NCBI GenBank assembly: GCA_041650895.1
Contig: JBAZKF010000001.1
Location: forward strand, 81,685-145,684
Length of the DNA: 64,000 nucleotides
Reading direction: 5' to 3'
Source: Patescibacteria group bacterium
GTDB taxonomy: Bacteria; Patescibacteriota; Patescibacteriia; 2-01-FULL-39-33
Below are positions 29,160 to 38,450 of the stretch, one piece after another. Under the pieces are notes generated by a model. It was not told the origin of the DNA, searched no databases, and saw nothing but the letters and a program-made list of their open reading frames with translations. The position numbers were made by a program, and so were the translations under genes. How positions within the stretch are numbered: the stretch's first letter is position 1; each line of letters starts with the position of its first letter.

Positions 29160-32078
29160 TCATTTAATGAAGGCGATGCTTAAATAGCGGTTTTGATCCG
29201 TTAAAGCCCGGGAATACACGTTATTGTTTTCTACTGTGGCAGACTTAGGATAAATCAGCTTGGGCGACAAATTATCGCTGTAAGTGACAACGCTTTGGAT
29301 CTGGTCGTTACTGCGTCCGGATTGTTTCTGAAAAACAAAGTTATACGGCGCTATTTCCGGAGTGAAAAAGTCAGCCGCCGACATGATTAATCCTTTGGGT
29401 TTAAAATTTTTTCCGACCTTAAACGGCAAGCGATAAATCAACACCGCTTCCTGACTTTCACCCGGACCGATTACTGTCCAATTGGCAAAAACCGTATAAT
29501 TGTTTTCTTGATAAATTTTAGTTCCTCCGATACTGTCAACCGCTCCTGTTTCTCCCGCCAACGAGTCACTTTCAACTGCGCCTTGATCCAAATCCTTGTA
29601 AGCGGAATCGGCAAAATCTTTAAAGCCGTAAGCGCCCAAAAGTTCACTGCCTGAAGGCACATAAACCCGCAGATAAGTATTATTGGCCGTCTTTCTTAAC
29701 GGGTCTTCCGCCGAAGAAGCGTTATAGCGACTGATAACGACTCGATCTATGACCGAACCGTCAGCTTTTATTTCCGCTTGATGGTATATGCTTTGACGCA
29801 CCAGATCATCGGTTTTACCGCCACCGATATTGGTAGTGACGACATTTAAGTAGTCCGTGTAAGGGGCGGGCGTTGCCAGGGCGCCGGCCCAATCATTTTT
29901 GAGCGCAAATTCCTGCAAGTCGCCACTGGTAAAATACAACTGAATATCACTGGATCTAAGGGCGCCGGCAATAACCTCAGCCAGACGCAGATTGTCTTTG
30001 GGCGGCAAATTGAAAATCTTATCCAGAATTTTTGGCGCTAATTCCGATAATATTTTCTTAGGTTTGGACTTATCCGCCGCTTGCAGTTCAATACTGCGTT
30101 GCAATTCCTCTTCAAAATTATCAGCAGTGATCGTTTTACCGTATTGCGACAAACTAATCGGCCCGGTCACTTGGAGTAAGTTTTTGAGCCAGCCGGAATT
30201 GATGGCGATCACGCCGTCTACGGTCGGCCCGCCGGATTTTTCATAAAACCATTTGATGTTAGCCGCCGAAGTCGGCCAATCAGGCCACCAATTGGCGTCC
30301 TGGAATTCCCAACGACTACAAACCAAACGCAACGGTTCGGGCGGAGTCAATATCTTATTAAAACCGGCTTTAACATCATAAGTGCCACCTTGCGGGATAG
30401 TGATTTTCTCTATTTTGCCGTTTTTAAAATCAACCAAAGCATAACTGCCCATGAATCCGCCGGTAGCGCGCAGCTCATTGTCATTCTGGAATACCAGTAA
30501 ATAACGGCGCAATTCATTATCGCCCAAAACGGCAGCGGAAAAATCCAAGGTTTCTTGAAGTTGACTTAACGCACTGACAGCTTGGGGCAAGGCGCTTTTA
30601 AGTTTGATAAATTGCTCCTTACTGCTCTCTGGCAAATGAGCCGGATTGACTGATTCGGCGTTAGAGGCGGCGGCGGATAATTCAGCCACGGCCGGCTTGA
30701 CCGCCGAAGAAAAACTCCTAACCCGATTAGATAATGATAAGTCAGTGGAAGAAGAAATGTCATTGATGCCGGACAATAATCCGGAAGCGGCGGCGGACAA
30801 ATGCTCCCCCATCTCCAGGGTGTTCTTACCGCTTTTATAAATATTACCAGCCGGAGTTATATCAGCCAAAACAGTAATAAACGATTTAATTTGGTCTAAT
30901 TGCGACCGCGCCGATTGAAAACTCTGCTGAGCCGAGGCAAAATCAGTTTGCGCTGAAGCAAAATCAAGGGTCTTGAGTTTATCACCGGCATCAGACATAT
31001 TGCCCACCGCTTGCTCGGCTACGCCCATCACTTCGCCTCTGACACTTAAAGCATTATCCCAATAAGTGATGACTTTGACTGAACCGAATAGGGCCAAAAG
31101 TACGCCGCAAAAAACCGCTGCCGGCCGAAGTAGCGATTTGCGGAATTCAAAATTGGAAAAAGAAAAGTCCAACTGACGTTTAGGCCAGCCGACTGACGGC
31201 GGCTGAGAATTCAAAACTACGCCTCGACGCAAAAAAGGATTGGTTTCCAAATATTTTTCCCGTACATCCTTGGCCGAAAGTGGCGTTGGCAACGGGCGAA
31301 TCTTAGTTTGAGGCGAGTACTCCTTAATCAATTCTGCAATGGTCGGCGCCTCATTAACGATGATTAAATCACTGATCACCGCCGCTTTATGCGGTTCATC
31401 GCCGGGTTTGGGCAAATAGATCACCTGATCACGGGACTTGGCTTTGCGGACAAACAGATACATCAGCCAAAAAAACTTATACACAGACAAATAAACACGA
31501 TAAAACTGATTGGTAATAAACAAAAACAAATTGACAAAAGATATTTCCGCCAGGCGATCAATTGCGTTGTTGCCGGTTTGAGCCGGCAGTTTGGATTCCA
31601 ATTTGGCGCGGGAAAATAGAATAAGAAAAAAAATCTTAATGATCTGGGCGGTTCTTAATAGATACAAGTATATTTCACTGCGCGAAAAATCAAAAAACTC
31701 TAAAATCCCGAATCGAGACAATATCTTTCCGGCCGGCATATCCTCTACCGGCCAATCGCGGCGTTGCTCCGGTTTATTCTTCTCTATCCTTCCGGCCTTG
31801 GATAGATTCAATAAATGGGGGGAACGATAAACATCCAATTGATTTTCGGCAATGCGCAAATTAAAAGTTTTGAGCGGTGGCTGATTGACGATTATCTCGG
31901 TTTTATCGGCCGGTTTGCCGATCGCGCTACCACTAGGACTGCCGTCTGGCGCAAACAAAATATCAGCCGTTTTGCGGCTGGAAGCGCGTGATTTTCGGAC
32001 CGTTTTTTTGACTTTCTTCTCCAAATCAAAAAACTTTGGCTCAAGTCCTTCTTTGTTTAAAGATTTTTTCTTTGCCAC
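29160..32078 (-). CDS. large membrane protein, hypothetical (DUF4012-like C-terminal region possible)
   Basis: 972 aa. Basic N-terminus, transmembrane segments, then a long extracytoplasmic domain. Confidence 0.45.
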   Translation of the reverse strand: MAKKKSLNKEGLEPKFFDLEKKVKKTVRKSRASSRKTADILFAPDGSPSGSAIGKPADKTEIIVNQPPLKTFNLRIAENQLDVYRSPHLLNLSKAGRIEKNKPEQRRDWPVEDMPAGKILSRFGILEFFDFSRSEIYLYLLRTAQIIKIFFLILFSRAKLESKLPAQTGNNAIDRLAEISFVNLFLFITNQFYRVYLSVYKFFWLMYLFVRKAKSRDQVIYLPKPGDEPHKAAVISDLIIVNEAPTIAELIKEYSPQTKIRPLPTPLSAKDVREKYLETNPFLRRGVVLNSQPPSVGWPKRQLDFSFSNFEFRKSLLRPAAVFCGVLLALFGSVKVITYWDNALSVRGEVMGVAEQAVGNMSDAGDKLKTLDFASAQTDFASAQQSFQSARSQLDQIKSFITVLADITPAGNIYKSGKNTLEMGEHLSAAASGLLSGINDISSSTDLSLSNRVRSFSSAVKPAVAELSAAASNAESVNPAHLPESSKEQFIKLKSALPQAVSALSQLQETLDFSAAVLGDNELRRYLLVFQNDNELRATGGFMGSYALVDFKNGKIEKITIPQGGTYDVKAGFNKILTPPEPLRLVCSRWEFQDANWWPDWPTSAANIKWFYEKSGGPTVDGVIAINSGWLKNLLQVTGPISLSQYGKTITADNFEEELQRSIELQAADKSKPKKILSELAPKILDKIFNLPPKDNLRLAEVIAGALRSSDIQLYFTSGDLQEFALKNDWAGALATPAPYTDYLNVVTTNIGGGKTDDLVRQSIYHQAEIKADGSVIDRVVISRYNASSAEDPLRKTANNTYLRVYVPSGSELLGAYGFKDFADSAYKDLDQGAVESDSLAGETGAVDSIGGTKIYQENNYTVFANWTVIGPGESQEAVLIYRLPFKVGKNFKPKGLIMSAADFFTPEIAPYNFVFQKQSGRSNDQIQSVVTYSDNLSPKLIYPKSATVENNNVYSRALTDQNRYLSIAFIK

Positions 32079-32236
32079 CTTGATAAATTTTGTTTACATC
32101 TGGATATATTATAACACAAACACCAGAAGTCAAACAACTCCGGGTGTGGATAACATTAATGACTTATAATTGATAACGATGATACCATTTATATTTTATG
32201 CTTGAGACATCAATACAAATGAATTATACGGATAAT

Positions 32237-33358
32237 CTATTTAACTATTGAATCATACAACACGACTGTTTCCTCGGCCATCCTCTGCCAAGAAAATCGC
32301 TTAATATTTTCCCGCGCCCGATCAATCAACTGCTGCCGCAGATCGGCATCAGCCAAAACTGAAACAATCTTATCCGCCATACTCTTGGAACTTTGAGGGT
32401 CAAAATAGGCCGCTGAATCATCCAAGACTTCCGGCAAGCAACTGGCATTTGACGAAACTACCGGCAAGCCATAACTCTGAGCTTCCAACGGCGGCAGGCC
32501 GAATCCTTCCATTAATGACGGAAAAGCATACAAACGCGCATTGGAATACAAACAAACCAATTCTTCATCTGTCAAATAGCCGGGTAAAATTATTTTATTT
32601 TTCAACTCTTCTTTTATTCCCTCACCCAAGCGCTGATAAAAAAAGCTTTCTTTGCCGGCCAGAACCAATTGCCAATCAGGCTGTTGCCTTAAAATGATTT
32701 CAAACGCTTCAATCAGTTTTTCCAGATTTTTGTGCGGATAAGCCGAACCGACATAAAGCAAAAAATCCTGTTTGATGCCTAGCCTCTCAAACAATAACGG
32801 ACAAGAAACCGGCGACAGGCGCGGTAAATCCGTCCCCTCATAAACCACCGAGATTTTTTCCGGCCGGATTTCCAGTAAGCGCGCAATATCATCTTTGGTG
32901 TAGCGGGAAACAGCGATGATTTTTCTGGCACGCTTGGCCGCCCGAGAAATTACCAGCCGATACATTGCTAATTTAAATTTATACAACCAGGGGTTAAGGG
33001 TGGTGGCTCGACTGGACGGATAATGGCTGACAATCAAATCATGGATGGTTACAACATAACGGCCGAAAAAAAACAGTGGAACATTGAAGTGAGTAAAGTG
33101 AACTAAATCCGGCTGGTGGGAATAAATTAAAAACGGTAAAAGAATCTGTTCAAACAAGCCATAAACCCGGAAATCTGCGCGATATTTTTTGAAGTTGGGA
33201 TTCTGTGGCTGATACTCATCATAATTCTGTTGTTGCAACAAGATGACATACTGATTATGCGTGTCCGTGACTTCCAGGTTTTTGATAAGTTCCTGGGTGT
33301 AACGGCCAATACCGGCATGTTTAGTGCCATAAAGGCGCGCGTCTATTAGTATTTTCAT
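32237..33358 (-). CDS. glycosyltransferase family 1 (GT4-type)
   Basis: C-terminal EGFGLPPLEAQSYGLPVVSS motif (the E-x7-E region of GT-B retaining enzymes). Confidence 0.85.
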   Translation of the reverse strand: MKILIDARLYGTKHAGIGRYTQELIKNLEVTDTHNQYVILLQQQNYDEYQPQNPNFKKYRADFRVYGLFEQILLPFLIYSHQPDLVHFTHFNVPLFFFGRYVVTIHDLIVSHYPSSRATTLNPWLYKFKLAMYRLVISRAAKRARKIIAVSRYTKDDIARLLEIRPEKISVVYEGTDLPRLSPVSCPLLFERLGIKQDFLLYVGSAYPHKNLEKLIEAFEIILRQQPDWQLVLAGKESFFYQRLGEGIKEELKNKIILPGYLTDEELVCLYSNARLYAFPSLMEGFGLPPLEAQSYGLPVVSSNASCLPEVLDDSAAYFDPQSSKSMADKIVSVLADADLRQQLIDRARENIKRFSWQRMAEETVVLYDSIVK

Positions 33359-33488
33359 AATGCATTAATATTAACACTTATTTGATTTTTGAACAAAAAT
33401 AACGTATATTGTAAGTAACTGTTTTATCTTATTTTAGGTATTTTATTGCTCTTAGAAGCATGCAAGCCATATTCTGTGGATAACTGTC

Positions 33489-33517
33489 TTGACAAAATAA
33501 TCAAGGTGTGCTATAAT
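33489..33517 (+). promoter_or_regulatory. consensus sigma-70 promoter of the GC-rich cassette
   Basis: TTGACA (33489-33494), 17-bp spacer, TATAAT (33512-33517). Shine-Dalgarno GAAGGAG lies 7 nt before the ATG at 33585. Confidence 0.6.
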
Positions 33518-33584
33518 TATATAATGTAGTTTTTGTAATTTTTTGAAGATAGGCGTGGACATTAACAACTGAAGGAGTGTAAGT

Positions 33585-33956
33585 ATGCCTTTGGAAGCCG
33601 AGGAAAACTGGGGACTCTGGTATGACTTGATGGAAACCCCGCCGGAAGTGCCGGATCTGGGACACCAGAAACCGCCACGCCGAAAACGGCTGAAAATCCG
33701 TCTGCCTGGCGGCCGTCGTAAAGTCCTAAAGGGCAAACGTGGCGGTGAAAACGTACCCTGGTATGCAAGGTACAAGGATTCCTGGGGTAGCTTTCCGACA
33801 CGCTCGGAGCGCCTGGACGCGCGCCATGATTTGCGCGAGGCCATAAGGGATGCCGTGGAAGAGGAACCGTCCTCCTTAAAACAACCCCGACGCGAGCTTG
33901 TCTTCGCTTCGTATGGCGGAGACGGCGAGGGCAACGCCGGTTGCCTGATGTACTAA
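33585..33956 (+). CDS. hypothetical basic/proline-rich protein (GC-rich foreign gene)
   Basis: About 58% GC against a genome average of about 42%. Strong Shine-Dalgarno. 123 aa, MPLEAEENWGLWYDLMETPPEV...RRKRLKIRLPGGRRKVLKGKRGG. Confidence 0.5.
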   Translation: MPLEAEENWGLWYDLMETPPEVPDLGHQKPPRRKRLKIRLPGGRRKVLKGKRGGENVPWYARYKDSWGSFPTRSERLDARHDLREAIRDAVEEEPSSLKQPRRELVFASYGGDGEGNAGCLMY

Positions 33957-33964
33957 ACTAACCG

Positions 33965-34324
33965 ATGAAATTGAAATATAAGGAGACTGGTGAGATGGAA
34001 ACAAATCCGATTGGTCGCATTCTCATTATTGTAGGGGTTGCAATGAGCGTGATCATGTTATTCTTTACCATAAGCAATGCGACGAACGACGAGAAAGCCA
34101 GAAAGGTTGCGGAGACCTACGGATTTTCCAGTGTTATGATCATTGACCAAAAAAACGAAATTGACAGCCACGGCAACAGTATCGGCGTATTCTATTGCGT
34201 CGCCACTAACGCCGGTGGCAATCCTGCGGTGGTCAAGGTGATCAAATCGCTGGACGGCGGCGATTGGAAAATCCGCGTTCAAGGCGATATGCCTGATTTC
34301 CCGGCGCCACTAAAGCACCCATAA
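33965..34324 (+). CDS. hypothetical membrane-anchored small protein (GC-rich foreign gene)
   Basis: Shine-Dalgarno AAGGAG. N-terminal transmembrane helix IGRILIIVGVAMSVIMLFFTI. 119 aa. Followed by a terminator. Confidence 0.5.
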   Translation: MKLKYKETGEMETNPIGRILIIVGVAMSVIMLFFTISNATNDEKARKVAETYGFSSVMIIDQKNEIDSHGNSIGVFYCVATNAGGNPAVVKVIKSLDGGDWKIRVQGDMPDFPAPLKHP

Positions 34325-34342
34325 AAACTTCGCACCTTACTC

Positions 34343-34379
34343 CCCGCTTGGGCCTTCTGCTCAAGCGGGTGTTTTATTT
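34343..34379 (+). terminator. intrinsic terminator
   Basis: ccgcttg-ggccttctgct-caagcgg hairpin then gtgttttattt. Confidence 0.5.
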
Positions 34380-34410
34380 ATATTTATGAAAGGTAACTCG
34401 CTCAATAATA

Positions 34411-35505
34411 TTAAGAAACAATGCTTTTCAATGTCTCCTCCGCTGTTTTATCCCAACCAAACATCTTAGCCCGCTCGCGTCCGCGACTGGAAAGCTCTGC
34501 GCCCAACTCATTATTCCGCCATAACTCAGACATCGCTTCAGTGATACTGTTTATATCATAAGGGTCAACCAACAGACCGCAATCAGCCAATACCTCACCC
34601 TGTGACGAATTGTTGCCGGCGATAACCGGACAGCCCGAAGCCATAGCTTCCAAAATAGGCAAACCAAAACCCTCATAAAATGACGGGTAAACCAAAGCGC
34701 GCGCCAATCGGTATAAGGCCGGCTTATCTGCTTCCGGCACGTAACCGATCATTTTTATCCTCTCATTACTTTTAATGGCTTTTAACTCCTTCTGATTCTT
34801 CCAACCGCCGGCGCCGGCTATAACCAGTTGAGTCTCAGGTATTTTTTCTAACGCCTTTAAAACGCCGAGCAAGTTCTTGCGCGGCTCCAGCGAAGAAACA
34901 AACAACAAAAACTTATCCGGCAAATCATACTTTTCTTTCACTGCTCTTAATTCCTCGGCCGGAATTTCCTGCTGATACTTCTCCCCCACCCCCAAATATA
35001 CAGTCTTAATCTTTTCAACCGGCAAGGCCAACAAATCAACCAAGTCCCGCTTGGTACTTTCGCTATCGGCTATAATAGTATCGGCGCGATTCAATACTCC
35101 CGAAGCCAAAATCAATTTATGCCACCATTGCTGTCGAAATGTAAAGAATTCCGGATGAATTAAAAAAGACAGGTCATGGACGGCAATGATCAACCGGCAA
35201 GAATCGGCAACGGAAATAAAATTAAGATTCGGCGCAAAAAACGCCTCCGCCCCGCCACAAAGCTTATCCAATTTCGGTCGGCCGGTAGAACCCAAACTCA
35301 GATTCAATAGTTTATTGGGATAACGGAAAATCTTTGTTTGGTAGCCCAGGTCCGATAAATCGACTGCCTGGGATGAGTTGGCAAACAATAGCCAATCATG
35401 ACCATTATCAATTAAACGCAGGTGCCGTGACAGATTATGAGCATACCAGGAAACGCCGGAATATTTTGCGTCCAACAGGCAACGGCCATCAAAAATTATT
35501 TTCAT
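34411..35505 (-). CDS. glycosyltransferase family 1
   Basis: VYPSFYEGFGLPILEAMASGCPVIAGN motif. Confidence 0.85.
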   Translation of the reverse strand: MKIIFDGRCLLDAKYSGVSWYAHNLSRHLRLIDNGHDWLLFANSSQAVDLSDLGYQTKIFRYPNKLLNLSLGSTGRPKLDKLCGGAEAFFAPNLNFISVADSCRLIIAVHDLSFLIHPEFFTFRQQWWHKLILASGVLNRADTIIADSESTKRDLVDLLALPVEKIKTVYLGVGEKYQQEIPAEELRAVKEKYDLPDKFLLFVSSLEPRKNLLGVLKALEKIPETQLVIAGAGGWKNQKELKAIKSNERIKMIGYVPEADKPALYRLARALVYPSFYEGFGLPILEAMASGCPVIAGNNSSQGEVLADCGLLVDPYDINSITEAMSELWRNNELGAELSSRGRERAKMFGWDKTAEETLKSIVS

Positions 35506-35552
35506 AAATTATCAACTTTAGATCATTCGCTTCACTCGTAATGACAGGATAA

Positions 35553-36647
35553 TTATTTGGGTAAAGTTATTGTCCTGATAAACTCCATCATGTTCTCCTT
35601 AAATCGCTCGGTAGAAAATTGCTCGGCATGCCGACTAATCGCCTGAGGATCGTATTTCTCCGGCTGGAAACGGATTACCATATCAGCCAAATCTTCCCAA
35701 ATCTGTTCATCAAATAATTCTCCGCTCAAACCAGGCTCAATAGTCTCAGTGGCACCGCCACGGTTATAGGCGATTACCGGCCGGCCCGAAGCCATGGCTT
35801 CAATGGCGGTAATGCCAAAGTCCTCTTCCTGCGGGTTTATGTACGCTAAACAATTAGCATATAATTCCCTTTTGGTTTCATCGTTTACCCGGCCCAAAAA
35901 TTCCACATTCGGCTTAGCCAGCGACTTTAAACGTTTTAGCTCCGGCCCCAGGCCAAAAACCTTAAGCGGTATGCCCAAACGGGAAAAAGCCCGCACCGTC
36001 AGATCAAATCTTTTATAAGGCACCAGCCGTCCGCCGGCCAAAAAATATTTTTTCGGCTTGTCGGAGATCGTGAACTGCGCCGTATCCACCGGCGGATAAA
36101 CCACTTGGCTACCGCGCTGATAGTATTTCTTGATCCTGCCGGCCACAGTCTGCGAATTGGCAATAAAATAATCCACGCGGTCAACGGCCAGACGATCCCA
36201 AGTGCGCAATTGGCGCAAGGTCAAGGGCAAGAATTTTTTAATCGGCATGATGACTTTGAGTTCATCCAGATAATTATGAGTGTCGTGCCACAGGTAGCGG
36301 GTCGGCGTATGGCAATAACAAATATGGATTGTGCCGGGATGCGTAATAACACCCTTGGCAAAAGATGAGGCCGAAGAAATGACCAAATCATAACCTCGCA
36401 AATCATGACTCTCAATAGCGGCAGGCATCAACGGCAAATACCATTGGTATTTTTTTACGCCCCAAGGAAACGACTGCAAGAAAGAAGTATTGATTTTCTT
36501 GTCTGCAAAGTAACTGTTGGTCTTGGCTTTGTCCGCGACAATAGTGAATATCGGCGCTTCAGGAAACATTCCCTTAAGCACCTTTAATACTTGTTCGGCG
36601 CCCCCGTCCTGCACCAGATGATCGTGGATCAAAGCGATTTTGGGCAT
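35553..36647 (-). CDS. glycosyltransferase family 1
   Basis: INPQEEDFGITAIEAMASGRPVIAYNRGGATE motif. N-terminal GT-B domain. Confidence 0.85.
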   Translation of the reverse strand: MPKIALIHDHLVQDGGAEQVLKVLKGMFPEAPIFTIVADKAKTNSYFADKKINTSFLQSFPWGVKKYQWYLPLMPAAIESHDLRGYDLVISSASSFAKGVITHPGTIHICYCHTPTRYLWHDTHNYLDELKVIMPIKKFLPLTLRQLRTWDRLAVDRVDYFIANSQTVAGRIKKYYQRGSQVVYPPVDTAQFTISDKPKKYFLAGGRLVPYKRFDLTVRAFSRLGIPLKVFGLGPELKRLKSLAKPNVEFLGRVNDETKRELYANCLAYINPQEEDFGITAIEAMASGRPVIAYNRGGATETIEPGLSGELFDEQIWEDLADMVIRFQPEKYDPQAISRHAEQFSTERFKENMMEFIRTITLPK

Positions 36648-36779
36648 AAAGATAATGCTGTTATTTTAGCCGATAGACAAAAATTAGGCAAACTAAAACC
36701 GTTTAAGGCTTCTCTAATTAAAAAAGCTCTGTGCAATATTGAACAGAGCGTAACTATGGATTGCATGCAGTAATAGCAT

Positions 36780-37031
36780 TTATGCCTTTAATGCAGCATC
36801 AATGATTTTCAAAGCGATTTCTTCACTAAACTCGCTTATTAGTTGGCTATATATCTCTTTTGTAACATCAAATCCCGCAGCGATTACCTTAATAGCTTGA
36901 TTCTCACCAAAACCCGCGCTTTGCATTGCGCCATAAATTTTCTTTAAAGCCTCAAAATATCCTTTGGAGTAACTCTTCTTATATCCATCTTCCTATGTCT
37001 CATCCATAGACACTTCTAATGAGTCAGGCAT
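36780..37031 (-). pseudogene. small ORF (83 codons) with an in-frame TAG after codon 12
   Basis: Strong Shine-Dalgarno AAAGGAGG lies 6 nt upstream of the ATG at 37031. The reading frame is MPDSLEVSMDET*EDGYKKSYSKGYFEALKKIYGAMQSAGFGENQAIKVIAAGFDVTKEIYSQLISEFSEEIALKIIDAALKA*. It is absent from the ORF track because of the TAG codon at 36993-36995 (minus strand). Confidence 0.3.
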
Positions 37032-37049
37032 ATTATTCCTCCTTTCTCA

Positions 37050-37502
37050 TTATTCAATACTAAATACTAAAGTATTGGCAGCAACCCAGCAATTTTCAAA
37101 ACATTTTGCCTGCTCTCCAGGCCAACGGAAAATCAATCCATCGGATTTGCCTGACAACCGATTGCATTTGCCGTTCAATTGAATAAATGAAAGAAATGAT
37201 TCTCTGCTTTCCATATAAACCTTATCAGAATAATGTGTCGAAGAATGAGAGGGAGCAATAAGAAAAACAAAAGCCTTGCCGTAACGTTTTTCCAATTCAC
37301 CTTTAATAACACAGCGGAATTCCACACTACCAACAGTAACCGTTTGTGAATGCAAATCTCGCGGATCGTACGCTTCCCATTCCAATGAACAAATATCGCC
37401 ATGTTTTAAAACGGCCGATAAAGCCTCAAGCTCATTACGCTCTTTTGGCAATCTGGCTGTAATTGTGAACAATTTTTTCTCCGGCTCATAATCAAATCTC
37501 AT
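37050..37502 (-). CDS. hypothetical protein (150 aa)
   Basis: Shine-Dalgarno AAAGGAG upstream. Its own sigma-70-like promoter sits at about 37560-37607. No recognisable motif. Confidence 0.45.
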   Translation of the reverse strand: MRFDYEPEKKLFTITARLPKERNELEALSAVLKHGDICSLEWEAYDPRDLHSQTVTVGSVEFRCVIKGELEKRYGKAFVFLIAPSHSSTHYSDKVYMESRESFLSFIQLNGKCNRLSGKSDGLIFRWPGEQAKCFENCWVAANTLVFSIE

Positions 37503-37692
37503 ACCTTGCTCCTTTCTGTCTTTTCGTCTATGCAGTAATTTAAAATCGTAATTTTGTTTTCAAGGTTCGACTAATAGGTCATTTTACCAGATATTTTAAA
37601 ATTGTCAAACTAAAACTGTTTAAGGCTTCTCTGTGTCTTAATATTAAATCAATAATTTAAAAGCAAAAAACGTCTACTCGCTTGAGTAAACG

Positions 37693-38136
37693 TTAAAAAT
37701 CGGAAATAACTACTTGGGAAAAACTGAATTTATCAGCAACAATTTTATAGCTCGGAACTAAGACCTTATGGGCTTGTAAAGGCGCTTGCGACAAATCTTT
37801 ATCATAATCATTGCCGATTACCAACAATTCCTCATCCTTAATGCCAAAAAATCGTAAAATCTGCTGATAAATCTTAGGGTACATGGAAAGCCTGAAAAAA
37901 CCATCGAATATTTCCAAGCCAAAAGGCGCTGTACCATTAAGGGTGGCGGCTAAATCCAATTGCATGTTAGTCAAATCGGAGTCAGAACTGGTAACTGTTT
38001 TAATTTTCAAATTTTTAGCATGCGAAATGAATTCTATAAAGCCCGGCCGTGGCGGCAAAGCATTTTCATAGTCATCAGAACAAAGAATGGTCCCGTAAAC
38101 ATCAAAAGCTATCACTTTTATTTGAGCCATGATCAT
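37693..38136 (-). CDS. HAD-superfamily hydrolase-like protein (short, dehalogenase-like motif I)
   Basis: Motif I IAFDVYGTIL (D-x-Y-G-T). Only 147 aa. Confidence 0.5.
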   Translation of the reverse strand: MIMAQIKVIAFDVYGTILCSDDYENALPPRPGFIEFISHAKNLKIKTVTSSDSDLTNMQLDLAATLNGTAPFGLEIFDGFFRLSMYPKIYQQILRFFGIKDEELLVIGNDYDKDLSQAPLQAHKVLVPSYKIVADKFSFSQVVISDF

Positions 38137-38176
38137 CTCCTTTTATTGTAAAGACATGACTAAACGAACCTTCTAA

Positions 38177-38382
38177 TGCTGTATTTTAAAGATAGCTCGA
38201 ACGCATTTTGGCTGTCCGCCAGAGGCGGACGCAGATTTTCTTCCCGACGAAATCCAATCCTGATTCTGATTTACGGCAATTTCCAGTTTTTCAATGAGTT
38301 AATCATAACTCATTTCAGTAAATTTTTCAAGAGCTGATTTATTGAAAAATTTACTGGGTTTGGCGGCAAATTCTTTTAGCTC
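38177..38382. repeat. composite inverted repeat L: inverted copy of Q (40066-40160) fused to inverted copy of S (40417-40525)
   Basis: 38179-38273 is the reverse complement of 40066-40160 and 38274-38382 is the reverse complement of 40417-40525. Both are essentially identical by eye. Confidence 0.8.
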
Positions 38383-38450
38383 TTTGAAAATTAAATAAAA
38401 AAAGAGGTGGCCGTCAACCGTGTTGACTTCCACCTCGGGTACTAATCGAC

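Noticed and set aside
33452-33934. 160-aa minus-strand ORF (and the 79-aa ORF at 33562-33801) overlapping the GC-rich cassette.
   Set aside because: It is antisense to a plus-strand gene that has a consensus promoter and Shine-Dalgarno. High GC suppresses stop codons and generates long shadow ORFs. Its predicted protein is low-complexity (Arg/Ser/Pro-rich).
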